Position numbers and translations under genes: made by a program. DNA of 63,199 nucleotides, from contig BEIG01000003.1 in assembly GCA_002898795.1 (NCBI GenBank), forward strand, positions 1 to 63,199, read 5' to 3'. The notes under the pieces are model-generated. The model ran no database searches. It was not told the DNA's origin and saw only the letters and a program-made list of their open reading frames with translations. Positions 17,029-26,153 of the stretch are shown piece by piece (the stretch's first letter is position 1; each line of letters starts with the position of its first letter). The DNA comes from a bacterium HR30 (lineage in GTDB: Bacteria; Desulfobacterota; Binatia; HRBIN30).

Positions 17029-18843
17029 TCAGATCACGTAGTCAACGCGGAACTGGATGTTGTCGCGGTCCCGCAAAAGCCCGATCCCGCTGCCACCTTT
17101 GAGTCGCCGCGCGTCGAGAATGCTGTAATCGACGGTAAAGCGGAATGGATCGCGAACCAGGGTCACCCCCGGTTGATACACAAACGCGCCCACCCAGTCG
17201 TAAAACACAGCAAGCGTAGGGTTGACTTGCCCACCGCGGTACGACGTGGTGAGGAGCAAGGTTTGCAAGAACGACGTTGCGGGTTGGCTGACCATCACCG
17301 GTTCCAGTGGCACGCCAAGCTGAGGCAACAAGGTGTCCACGACGGGTAAGACTTCGCGGTCGGGATTGAGGCGTCCATCGGCGGTGAACACGCGCGTGCC
17401 GGCCGCATTGCGAATGTGCTTGATGAAAAACTGCGTGCTGAGAAAAAACGTGTTGCTTGGGTTCAGAAACCGCAGCCAAACGTTCGCGTCCCAACCAACG
17501 AGCAGGTTAACCGAGTCGCGCAAGCGGCGGCCGCCAGTGGTGCCTCGTTGGCCGAAGAGGAACGGGTCGAACTGATACTGCGTGTACGCAGGCTCATCCT
17601 TGAAGTACGCTGCTTCCGACCGGAGCACGCTGTAAATTTGTGGGATGGCAAAGGTCGTGGTCGCACCAAACACTTGCACCCTGGGGGCGGTGAGGTGGAC
17701 GTGAACGGGGCTACCGCAGTTGTTTCGATTCGGATCGTTCCCCCGAAATGGAAACCGTGGGTCGAGCGGACAAGGACGGCCGTCATCAAAAGCCTGGAGC
17801 GGGATTCCCCGCACGGTGAACAGTTGAGCCGCAGGCAGGTCGAAATAAGTGTTGAGATAGGCCACGCTGAAGGTTGCATCGCCCCAGTTGAAGACGAACC
17901 GGGCACCACCGCGGGCGTCGTCGAAGGTGCGCTTCGGACCAAACGTAAACGTGCGCACCTCTGTTCTAGGCGCGCCGAACGATGGCAGAGTCCACGGGGA
18001 GCCCGGAGGGATGGAGGGAATGAAGCCGACTTTGTTGTCGATGGCGAGGTATCCTTCGAGAAAGGCGTCGGTGAGCGGTCCGACCGACCCCACTCGGCAC
18101 TGCGCTCGCAACATGTCGAGGGGGACTCTCCGCTCGTCAAGCGGGATGAGAAAGCCGCCGAAGCTCGAGTCGAGGGGATTGATGTGGTCGAGAAGTTGAA
18201 AGACGTCCGACTCTCCCCACGACAGCACCTGCCGGCCCAACCGTAGGAAAAAACGCCCAGAGGAGCCTTCGATGTAAGCTTGGAAGAGCCGCTCGCGATG
18301 CGAGGCTACACGACGGAGATGCCGACGGGCGGCAGCGATGTCTGGTGCCGTTTGGTTAATGGCAGGCAGGGGTAGACGCAAAAGAAAGTCCAAAGAGTCC
18401 GCGGTTGCATATTCTTTGGGTCCCCAATCGTAAACCCCGTCGTATTCGCCGCGAAAAGTGAGGTGGTAACCCACGTTGCGCAGGCGAAAAGGCAGATCCT
18501 TTAACAGGGACAGAGGGCCGACTCCTTCCTGAATCAATCGGTCGAGGCGGTGGTCGAGTTCAGCTTCCGCGAAGAAGCGGTTTTGCCGCAGGTGGCCAGC
18601 GGCCGAAAAGGGGAACGTAGCCGAGGTGGAAGGGAAGATTTGGCTCCCTACCCGGTTCGGAATCCCCTGATGGGTATCCTCGGTGCCAATGCGAGCGTTG
18701 ACATAAGTGCGGACCCCCAATTTGATCGTTCCCTCACGATCGAGGCTCACTGCCCACGCCGGTTGCCCAGTCCCGATCGCGACCAGTAACGCACCGAGCC
18801 CCACCCGCCGACCACAACGCGCCATCTCGAGCGACCTCCTCAC
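17029..18843 (-). CDS. DUF1302-family outer-membrane beta-barrel protein (paralog 2)
   Basis: Collinear with paralog 1 (IKLGVRTYVNARIGTE, AAGHLRQNRFF, DERRVPLDMLRAQ, DRDNIQFRVDYVI). Start is GTG 18843 or ATG 18825; both have an RBS. Confidence 0.8.
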   Translation of the reverse strand: MRRSLEMARCGRRVGLGALLVAIGTGQPAWAVSLDREGTIKLGVRTYVNARIGTEDTHQGIPNRVGSQIFPSTSATFPFSAAGHLRQNRFFAEAELDHRLDRLIQEGVGPLSLLKDLPFRLRNVGYHLTFRGEYDGVYDWGPKEYATADSLDFLLRLPLPAINQTAPDIAAARRHLRRVASHRERLFQAYIEGSSGRFFLRLGRQVLSWGESDVFQLLDHINPLDSSFGGFLIPLDERRVPLDMLRAQCRVGSVGPLTDAFLEGYLAIDNKVGFIPSIPPGSPWTLPSFGAPRTEVRTFTFGPKRTFDDARGGARFVFNWGDATFSVAYLNTYFDLPAAQLFTVRGIPLQAFDDGRPCPLDPRFPFRGNDPNRNNCGSPVHVHLTAPRVQVFGATTTFAIPQIYSVLRSEAAYFKDEPAYTQYQFDPFLFGQRGTTGGRRLRDSVNLLVGWDANVWLRFLNPSNTFFLSTQFFIKHIRNAAGTRVFTADGRLNPDREVLPVVDTLLPQLGVPLEPVMVSQPATSFLQTLLLTTSYRGGQVNPTLAVFYDWVGAFVYQPGVTLVRDPFRFTVDYSILDARRLKGGSGIGLLRDRDNIQFRVDYVI

Positions 18844-19014
18844 CCTTGAACCCTCCCGTGTTTTTGTTCCGCAGGGCTTACGGCGAAGCCAAGCCTTCCG
18901 TCAAGCACAGGCGAGCCCCAACCCGCCCGCTTCTCGACGATCCACTTTATAAACTATATACAGTAAGAAGAGACAAGTTGACAGTAAAATACCTTTCGTG
19001 GCACAAAAGCTTCG

Positions 19015-20541
19015 ATGTCGTCGCGCGTCCTTTCTGGGGCTGTTTACGGAATCGATGCTTTGCTCGTGGAGGTCGAGGTCGAATTCCTGCCCGGATTGCC
19101 TCGGCTCGACATTGTTGGGTTGGCCGAGGGACCCGTGCGGGAAAGTAAGGAACGTGTACGCGCCGCTGTGAAGAACAGCGGCTTTCGGGTACCCGGTGCT
19201 CGGATCGTGATCAATTTGGCACCAGCCGATGTGAAAAAGGATGGCTCTGCTTACGATCTTCCGATCGCGTTGGGAATTTTGGCCAATCAAGAGGTGTTGC
19301 CGAAGGAGCGCCTCGGGCAATACATGGTTCTAGGTGAGCTTTCCTTGGACGGGCGGGTGAAACGTGTCCGCGGGGCCCTTCCGATCGCTGCAGCAGCGCG
19401 GCGTTACGGTTTTCGGGGGGTGCTCCTGCCGGCGGAAAACGCGGCAGAGGCAGCGGTGGTCGATGGCATTCAAGCCATCCCGGTGACGAGCCTGGTGGAA
19501 ACAGTCGGATTTTTGCTGGGGCACGTGAGCATCGATCCCGTGCGGGTCGACCTGGACGCTCTGTTTCGGGAGGCGCAAACACACGAAGTCGACTTCAGTG
19601 AGGTTCGTGGACAACTCCATGTCAAGCGCGCGCTCGAAGTGGCGGCGGCCGGGGGCCACAACGTATTGATGGTGGGGCCGCCGGGTTCGGGGAAAACGAT
19701 GCTAGCAAAGCGAATCCCAACCATTCTTCCACCATTGACCCTGGGCGAGGCTTTGGAGACGTCGCGGGTGCACAGTGTGGTTGGGTTCATGGATGGTCGG
19801 GCGTTGATCACTACGCGCCCCTTCCGTTCTCCCCATCACACGATTAGCGACGCAGGCTTGATTGGTGGGGGATCTATTCCGAAGCCCGGCGAAGTGAGCC
19901 TTGCGCACAACGGTGTGCTGTTCCTCGACGAGCTCCCCGAATTTCGAAAGAACGTGCTCGAGGTGTTGCGGCAACCCTTGGAAGAACAGCGCATTACCAT
20001 TTCCCGGGCTCTCGCTTCGATCACTTATCCCGCGCGCTGCATGCTCGTAGCAGCCATGAATCCTTGCCCTTGCGGATTTTTAGGGGATCCCCAGAAAGAG
20101 TGCACTTGTTCGCCCCTGCAAATCGAGCGTTACCGGTCGCGGATTTCGGGGCCACTGCTCGATCGAATCGATATCCACATCGAGGTGCCTGCCGTCCAGT
20201 TCCGCGACTTGGCGCGATCTCAACCGGCCGAGCCGTCGGCTGCGATTCGTGCGCGGGTGGACCGTGCCCGGGCTCGTCAACTGGAACGATTTCATGGCCG
20301 GAAGATCTACTGCAACGCCCAAATGGGTAGCCGGGATTTAGCTCGTTTCTGCCGCCTCGATAGCCAGGGGGAGCAATTACTCGAAACAGCGATGCTCCGC
20401 CTAGGATTGAGCGCACGCGCCTACACCCGGGTACTGAAGGTGGCGCGCACGATTGCCGACCTCGAAGGGCTGGATGCCATTCAGGCTTCGCACATTGCCG
20501 AGGCCGTTCAGTACCGCTCGCTCGATCGGCCCGTTGCTTGA
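19015..20541 (+). CDS. comM: YifB/ComM Mg-chelatase-like AAA+ helicase
   Basis: Motifs [61 protein letters not shown] and AAMNPCPCG. Confidence 0.95.
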   Translation: MSSRVLSGAVYGIDALLVEVEVEFLPGLPRLDIVGLAEGPVRESKERVRAAVKNSGFRVPGARIVINLAPADVKKDGSAYDLPIALGILANQEVLPKERLGQYMVLGELSLDGRVKRVRGALPIAAAARRYGFRGVLLPAENAAEAAVVDGIQAIPVTSLVETVGFLLGHVSIDPVRVDLDALFREAQTHEVDFSEVRGQLHVKRALEVAAAGGHNVLMVGPPGSGKTMLAKRIPTILPPLTLGEALETSRVHSVVGFMDGRALITTRPFRSPHHTISDAGLIGGGSIPKPGEVSLAHNGVLFLDELPEFRKNVLEVLRQPLEEQRITISRALASITYPARCMLVAAMNPCPCGFLGDPQKECTCSPLQIERYRSRISGPLLDRIDIHIEVPAVQFRDLARSQPAEPSAAIRARVDRARARQLERFHGRKIYCNAQMGSRDLARFCRLDSQGEQLLETAMLRLGLSARAYTRVLKVARTIADLEGLDAIQASHIAEAVQYRSLDRPVA

Positions 20542-20552
20542 GGAGAGAAGCC

Positions 20553-21695
20553 ATGGAGTGTTGCTCGGCGGTAAGCTCGCCCCCATTTGCTCCACGGGGT
20601 CCGGACGACTGGCGTTGGTGGATTGCGTTGCGAATGGTGCAAGGTGTTGGACCGGTGGTGTATCACTCCTTGCTCCGAGTTTTCCACGAGCCCCGGCAGG
20701 TGTTTGCTGCGGGGCTCGATGCGTTGGAATGTTGCGGGCTTCGGCCAGAAGTGGCACGGGCGGTTCATGGCTTCGATCGGTGGGCCGAGGTGGATCGCGA
20801 TCTCGACCGACTGCAGCGGGCTGGCGCCGTGCTCGTCACCTGGCACGACCTTCACTATCCCTCTCTCTTGCGGCACACGCACGACCCTCCTCCCTTCCTT
20901 TACATGCTCGGAGAAATGCATCCTGCTGACACCTTGTCCGTGGCTGTAGTCGGCTCGCGCCACCCAACTGCTTACGGTTTGCGCATGGCAAGAGAGTTAA
21001 CGGTCGGCCTCGTCCAGTTCGGCTTCACGATCGTCAGCGGGCTCGCCCGTGGAATCGACGCTGCAGCTCATTGGTCGGCCCTGAAGGAAGGAGGCCGTAC
21101 GATTGCGGTTCTCGGATCCGGAATCGACGTGATTTACCCGCCTGAGCACAGAGCTTTAGCCCGCAAGATCGTCACCCAAGGGGCGCTGTTGAGCGAGTTA
21201 TCGATGGGAGCGCAGCCGGATGCGGAAAACTTTCCCGCCCGCAACCGAATCATCAGTGGGATGACCCGTGGGACGGTTGTCGTTGAGGCTGCGGAAAAAA
21301 GCGGATCGTTGATTACGGCTCACGCAGCCGCGGAGCAGGGCCGGGAAGTCTTTGCCGTGCCCGGGCCAGTGAGCGAACGCTCCAAGGGTACCCACAAGCT
21401 GATTCGAAGTGGGGCTAAACTTACCGAGTGTGCGCGAGACGTGATCGAAGAAATCGCGCCACAATTGCTTGCGACCCAAGTAACACCGTCGGTGCGGCAG
21501 CGCTCTTTGCCCCTCGAGGCGCGGCCCCTTGTCGAGCTCCTGCGCACACAACCGCTGCACGTTGACGAACTGATTGCTCGCAGTGGGCAGCCGGCGACAC
21601 AGGTCCTCGCGACACTGCTCGACCTCGAGTTGCAAGGCGTTGTGCAGCAACTGCCCGGCAAATGCTTTGCTTTGGTGGAGAGTGGTTCTGGTTGA
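20553..21695 (+). CDS. dprA: DNA-processing protein DprA (Smf)
   Basis: Motifs VAVVGSR, VSGLARGIDAAAH, FPARNRIISG, VVEAAEKSGSLITA..A.EQGREVFAVPG and a C-terminal Z-alpha-like domain. Confidence 0.96.
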   Translation: MECCSAVSSPPFAPRGPDDWRWWIALRMVQGVGPVVYHSLLRVFHEPRQVFAAGLDALECCGLRPEVARAVHGFDRWAEVDRDLDRLQRAGAVLVTWHDLHYPSLLRHTHDPPPFLYMLGEMHPADTLSVAVVGSRHPTAYGLRMARELTVGLVQFGFTIVSGLARGIDAAAHWSALKEGGRTIAVLGSGIDVIYPPEHRALARKIVTQGALLSELSMGAQPDAENFPARNRIISGMTRGTVVVEAAEKSGSLITAHAAAEQGREVFAVPGPVSERSKGTHKLIRSGAKLTECARDVIEEIAPQLLATQVTPSVRQRSLPLEARPLVELLRTQPLHVDELIARSGQPATQVLATLLDLELQGVVQQLPGKCFALVESGSG

Positions 21696-21728
21696 CGAAG
21701 GGGACAAGCCGGCTAGAAGTTACCACCC

Positions 21729-24044
21729 ATGGCCAAAAACTTGGTGATTGTCGAATCGCCCGCAAAGGCGAAAACCCTGCAGAAATACTTGGGGAGCGAC
21801 TACCAGGTGAAATCCTCGGTGGGTCATATCAAGGACCTGCCGAAGAGCCGGCTCGGTGTGGACGTCGAACATGAGTTCCGCCCGGAGTACGAAGTCATTC
21901 ACGGCAAGCGCAAGATCCTCAACGAACTACGTCGTGCGGCCAAAGATAAGGAGCAAATTTTCTTGGCCCCTGATCCCGACCGCGAGGGGGAAGCCATTGC
22001 CTGGCACATTGCCGAGAGCCTTGGGGTGGATTCGGAGCGAATCCGGCGAGTACTCTTTCACGAGATCACGAAGCGCGCCGTGTTGGAGGCGCTGCAGCAT
22101 CCGCGCGAGCTTGATCGCAACCTGTACGAGGCGCAGCAAGCGCGGCGCATTCTGGATCGGCTGGTCGGCTACGAAATCAGCCCATTGCTATGGAAGAAAG
22201 TCCGGCGTGGTCTTTCGGCTGGGCGAGTGCAGTCGGTGGCTGTTCGCCTCATTGTCGACCGCGAACGAGAAATTCGTCGCTTCAAGCCGCAGGAATACTG
22301 GAGCATCACGGCACGGCTCGAAGGGAAACAGCCACCGCCATTTGCCGCGCGGCTCATCAAAATAGGGGAGCGGAAACTCGACCCCGAATCCTTTCGCATC
22401 GAGAATGAGACGGCGGCGCAGTCCCTCGTGGAGCGACTGCGAGGAGCAGAGTTCAAGGTTGTACGGGTAGAAAAAAAGGAACGCAGACGCTTTCCGGCGC
22501 CACCTTTTACGACCTCCCGGCTGCAACAAGAAGCGGCTCGGAAACTGGGCTTTACGCCAACGCGGACGATGCGCATTGCGCAGCGACTGTACGAGGGCGT
22601 GGAGTTGGGCCCGGAGGGGTCGATAGGTTTGATCACGTACATGCGGACCGATTCAACTCGCGTTTCTGCCGAGGCGCAAAACAACGCCCGAACCTGGATT
22701 GGCGAGAAGTTCGGTAGCCACTACTTGCCTCCTCAGCCTCCGGTTTACCCGAGCAAAAAGGACGCGCAGGATGCCCACGAGGCTATCCGGCCGACCTCGT
22801 TCGAGTATCCGCCGGAAAGAGTGCAACCATACCTCAAACCGGAGGAGTACGCGCTGTACAAGCTGATCTGGGATCGGTTCATCGCAAGCCAAATGTTGCC
22901 TGCCGTGTTTGACCGGACCACGGTCGATATTGCGGCTGCCGACACCCTGTTTCGCGCTACGGGCCAGGTGATGAAGTTTGATGGATTCACGCGCGTTTAC
23001 ACCGAGGGCCGCGATGAAGAGCCGCAGAAGACCGACGAAGACGAAGGCGACGCCGAACTCTTGGAGGGGCAGTTGCCTCCGCTCGAGGAAGGGGAGACGC
23101 TGAAGTTGTTGGACCTTACGGCGGCGCAACACTTCACCCAGCCGCCTCCACGGTTCACCCAAGCGAGCCTCGTCAAAGAGCTAGAGGAAAAGGGCATTGG
23201 GCGTCCGTCCACTTACGCCACCATCGTCGGCACCATTCTCAACCGGGAATACGTGGTCGAGGATAAGTCCAAACGTTTGCGCCCGACGGAGTTGGGCTTT
23301 TTGGTGACCGATCTGCTTGTGCAGGCTTTTCCGGACATCTTGAACGTGGAGTTCACCGCCGGGATGGAGGAAGAGTTGGACAAGGTCGAAGAGGGCAAGG
23401 AGCGGTGGACGGAAACCCTTCGCCGATTCTACATACCGTTCCGGCGCGACCTGGAGCAGGCCGAGGTGAATATGCGCGACGTAAAAAGCGGGCAGCCCAC
23501 AGAAGTTCCATGTCCGAGCTGCGGCGCGCAGATGATGTTGCGGTGGGGACGTACGGGGGATTACCTTGCCTGCTCTCGATACCCCGAGTGCAAAACTACC
23601 CGTAATTTCGTGCGGGAAGAAGACGGAAGCATTCGCATTGTGGAGCGAGAAACAACGGAAGAGATCTGCCCGCAATGCGGTAAACCGATGGAGGTACGCT
23701 ACGGCCGATTCGGAAAATTCTTAGGTTGTTCCGGTTACCCTGAGTGTAAAACCGTTTTGCCTTACGAACGCCCGCGCGAGACAGGTGTGCATTGCCCCGA
23801 CTGTAAGGAAGGTCAAATCTTGGAGAAGCGCTCGCGCGCAGGCAAAACGTTCTTTAGTTGTAGCCGGTATCCACAGTGCCGTTTTGCCACGTGGGATCGC
23901 CCGATTCCGGAGCCGTGCCCGGAATGCGGAGCACCCTTTGTCGTCGAGAAAACCACAAAGCGGCAAGGCACGGTTCGCCGTTGTCTCGCGGAAGGATGTT
24001 CTTATCGGGAGACGGTGGCCGACGCACTGCAAGAGGTTGGCTGA
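21729..24044 (+). CDS. topA: DNA topoisomerase I with C-terminal zinc ribbons
   Basis: Motifs LVIVESPAKAKT, DPDREGEAI, LSAGRVQS, ITYMRTDS, QDAHEAIRP, GIGRPSTYA and four Cys4 ribbons. Confidence 0.98.
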   Translation: MAKNLVIVESPAKAKTLQKYLGSDYQVKSSVGHIKDLPKSRLGVDVEHEFRPEYEVIHGKRKILNELRRAAKDKEQIFLAPDPDREGEAIAWHIAESLGVDSERIRRVLFHEITKRAVLEALQHPRELDRNLYEAQQARRILDRLVGYEISPLLWKKVRRGLSAGRVQSVAVRLIVDREREIRRFKPQEYWSITARLEGKQPPPFAARLIKIGERKLDPESFRIENETAAQSLVERLRGAEFKVVRVEKKERRRFPAPPFTTSRLQQEAARKLGFTPTRTMRIAQRLYEGVELGPEGSIGLITYMRTDSTRVSAEAQNNARTWIGEKFGSHYLPPQPPVYPSKKDAQDAHEAIRPTSFEYPPERVQPYLKPEEYALYKLIWDRFIASQMLPAVFDRTTVDIAAADTLFRATGQVMKFDGFTRVYTEGRDEEPQKTDEDEGDAELLEGQLPPLEEGETLKLLDLTAAQHFTQPPPRFTQASLVKELEEKGIGRPSTYATIVGTILNREYVVEDKSKRLRPTELGFLVTDLLVQAFPDILNVEFTAGMEEELDKVEEGKERWTETLRRFYIPFRRDLEQAEVNMRDVKSGQPTEVPCPSCGAQMMLRWGRTGDYLACSRYPECKTTRNFVREEDGSIRIVERETTEEICPQCGKPMEVRYGRFGKFLGCSGYPECKTVLPYERPRETGVHCPDCKEGQILEKRSRAGKTFFSCSRYPQCRFATWDRPIPEPCPECGAPFVVEKTTKRQGTVRRCLAEGCSYRETVADALQEVG

Positions 24045-24131
24045 TCCCAGTACGCGGCTTTTCCGTGGCAGTTTCCCTGCCTTGTCTTGCTGCCACGAGC
24101 AGATAGAAGCATCTGAGTCAACGAGGTTTCC

Positions 24132-25511
24132 ATGACATCGGTGTCTAAGTTAGGCGCGATTAGAGAGCCGGTCACGATCATCGGTGGCGGCTTAGCTGGC
24201 TCCGAAGCCGCCTGGCAATTGGCGCAGCGGGGCATTCATGTGGTCTTGTACGAAATGCGACCACAGCGGCCAACCGAAGCCCATCAGACCGACCGCTTGG
24301 CCGAGCTCGTTTGCTCCAACTCGTTCCGGAGTGCGAGCTTGGACACGGCCGTAGGCCTGCTGAAGGAGGAGATGCGTCGGTTGGGCTCGCTCATCTTGGC
24401 CGCGGCTGAGCGGACAAGCGTGCCGGCAGGCTCCGCCCTCGCGGTGGATCGTGAACGATTTGCCGAAATCGTTACCGCAGCCATTACCTCCTGCCCCCGA
24501 ATTACTGTGGTGCGCGAGGAAGTACGCGACATCCCGGAAGGGTTGTGTTTGATCGCAACTGGCCCGCTGACCTCTCCCGCTCTCTCTTATGCATTACAGG
24601 AACTCCTTGGGCACAAGTATTTGTACTTCTACGACGCCATCGCGCCGATCGTCACCGCTGACTCCATTGACCGCTCCGTTGTTTTTTCCGCTTCTCGTTA
24701 CGGCAAGGGTGGCGACGACTACCTGAACTGCCCGATGACCCGGGAGGAGTACTACGCCTTTGTCGACGCAGTGTTGGCAGCCGAAAAAGTGCCGGTTCGC
24801 GATTTCGAGCGTTGCGTGTACTTCGAAGGTTGTATGCCAATCGAGGAGATGGCTCGGCGCGGGCGGGATACGCTGGCTTTTGGGCCCATGCGGCCTGTGG
24901 GTCTGGTGGATCCCAGAAGCGGGCAGCGCCCTTATGCTGTGGTGCAACTCCGTCAGGACAATGCGGCCGCTACTCTCTACAACATGGTTGGCTTCCAAAC
25001 GAAGATGACGTATCCAGAGCAGCGGCGCGTTTTCCGTATGATCCCGGGGCTCGAAAAAGCGGAGTTTGTGCGACTCGGCAGCCTGCACCGAAACACCTTC
25101 ATCAATTCGCCGCGGGTCTTGTCACCTACCTTGCAGCTGCGGCGTCGGCCGACAACGCTCTTGGCCGGCCAGTTGGTCGGGGTGGAGGGTTACGTGGAAT
25201 CCGCAGCGACCGGCTTGCTCGCTGGTTTGAATATCGCGCGGCTCGTGGCCGGGCTTCCCTGTGTGGTGCCGCCAGCCACGACAGCTCTTGGCTCGCTGCT
25301 GGCTTACGTATCCGACCCAAAGAGGCGGGACTTCCAGCCGATGAATGCGAACTACGGCCTTTTTCCTCCGCTCGATGGTAGGGAACGTGGTCGTGAAAAA
25401 CGGGAACGGCTGGCCAAAAGGGCGCTTCACGACCTGGAGGAATGGATCCATCACAACGGGCTTGCGCCGGTGACGTGTTCCGTGGAACGAATTACGGCGG
25501 TCGGGCCGTGA
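24132..25511 (+). CDS. trmFO: Folate/FAD-dependent tRNA m5U54 methyltransferase TrmFO
   Basis: Motifs [57 protein letters not shown] and [10 protein letters not shown]. Confidence 0.97.
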   Translation: MTSVSKLGAIREPVTIIGGGLAGSEAAWQLAQRGIHVVLYEMRPQRPTEAHQTDRLAELVCSNSFRSASLDTAVGLLKEEMRRLGSLILAAAERTSVPAGSALAVDRERFAEIVTAAITSCPRITVVREEVRDIPEGLCLIATGPLTSPALSYALQELLGHKYLYFYDAIAPIVTADSIDRSVVFSASRYGKGGDDYLNCPMTREEYYAFVDAVLAAEKVPVRDFERCVYFEGCMPIEEMARRGRDTLAFGPMRPVGLVDPRSGQRPYAVVQLRQDNAAATLYNMVGFQTKMTYPEQRRVFRMIPGLEKAEFVRLGSLHRNTFINSPRVLSPTLQLRRRPTTLLAGQLVGVEGYVESAATGLLAGLNIARLVAGLPCVVPPATTALGSLLAYVSDPKRRDFQPMNANYGLFPPLDGRERGREKRERLAKRALHDLEEWIHHNGLAPVTCSVERITAVGP

Positions 25512-25538
25512 AGGAATAGGCTCCTCAGGGAGCAATGC

Positions 25539-26153
25539 ATGTTAGTCGGAGAGCACATGACTTCGCCTGTGGTGACTGTAACCCCAGAGGCTACAGTGGC
25601 CGAGGCGCGCAAGCTGATGCGGGTTCACGACATTCGCCACCTGCCGGTGACGGAACGATCCCGGTTAATCGGCATCGTGGCTCGTAGCGACCTAAACTGG
25701 CCGTCGAGCGCGCGCGTTCCAGACGAAACCCCGGTGGCGGAAGTGATGAGCGGAAACGTGATTGCGGTCACCCCGCGCACGACAATGGAAAATGCCGCTA
25801 GCCTCATGCTCGCAAACAAAATTGGTGCGTTACCGGTCGTGGACGAGGAAGAACACGTGATTGGCATCCTCACGGCTGCTGACATTCTCTCCGTGTTCCT
25901 CGATGTGATGGGGGTGGGTTCCAGGGCGCGCCGAATCGAGATCCGACTGCCGGATCGCCCTGGCGCGCTGGCCCCGGCGGTGCAGTGCATTGGCGAGCTT
26001 GGTGTCAACATCGTCAGCGTCGTGTCTGCACGGGAGTTCGAGGGCTGGCGGACACTCGTTCTGCGCTTGGCTACTGACGACCTCGAGCCGGTGCTTACAG
26101 CGCTGGCCGACCGAGGAGTGGAGGTCGTATCCACGGGTGAAGGCGACGACTGA
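25539..26153 (+). CDS. CBS-pair + ACT domain protein (AcuB-like)
   Basis: Two CBS repeats (IRHLPV..LIGIV; IGALPVV..VIGILT) followed by an ACT domain (LPDRPGALA..LGVNIVSV). Confidence 0.88.
   Translation: MLVGEHMTSPVVTVTPEATVAEARKLMRVHDIRHLPVTERSRLIGIVARSDLNWPSSARVPDETPVAEVMSGNVIAVTPRTTMENAASLMLANKIGALPVVDEEEHVIGILTAADILSVFLDVMGVGSRARRIEIRLPDRPGALAPAVQCIGELGVNIVSVVSAREFEGWRTLVLRLATDDLEPVLTALADRGVEVVSTGEGDD

Noticed and set aside
18946-18965. SOS-box-like ATATACAGTA upstream of comM
   Set aside because: Only the right half matches the gammaproteobacterial LexA box. The left half (TTTATAAACT) has no CTGT, and the LexA motif of this lineage is unknown.
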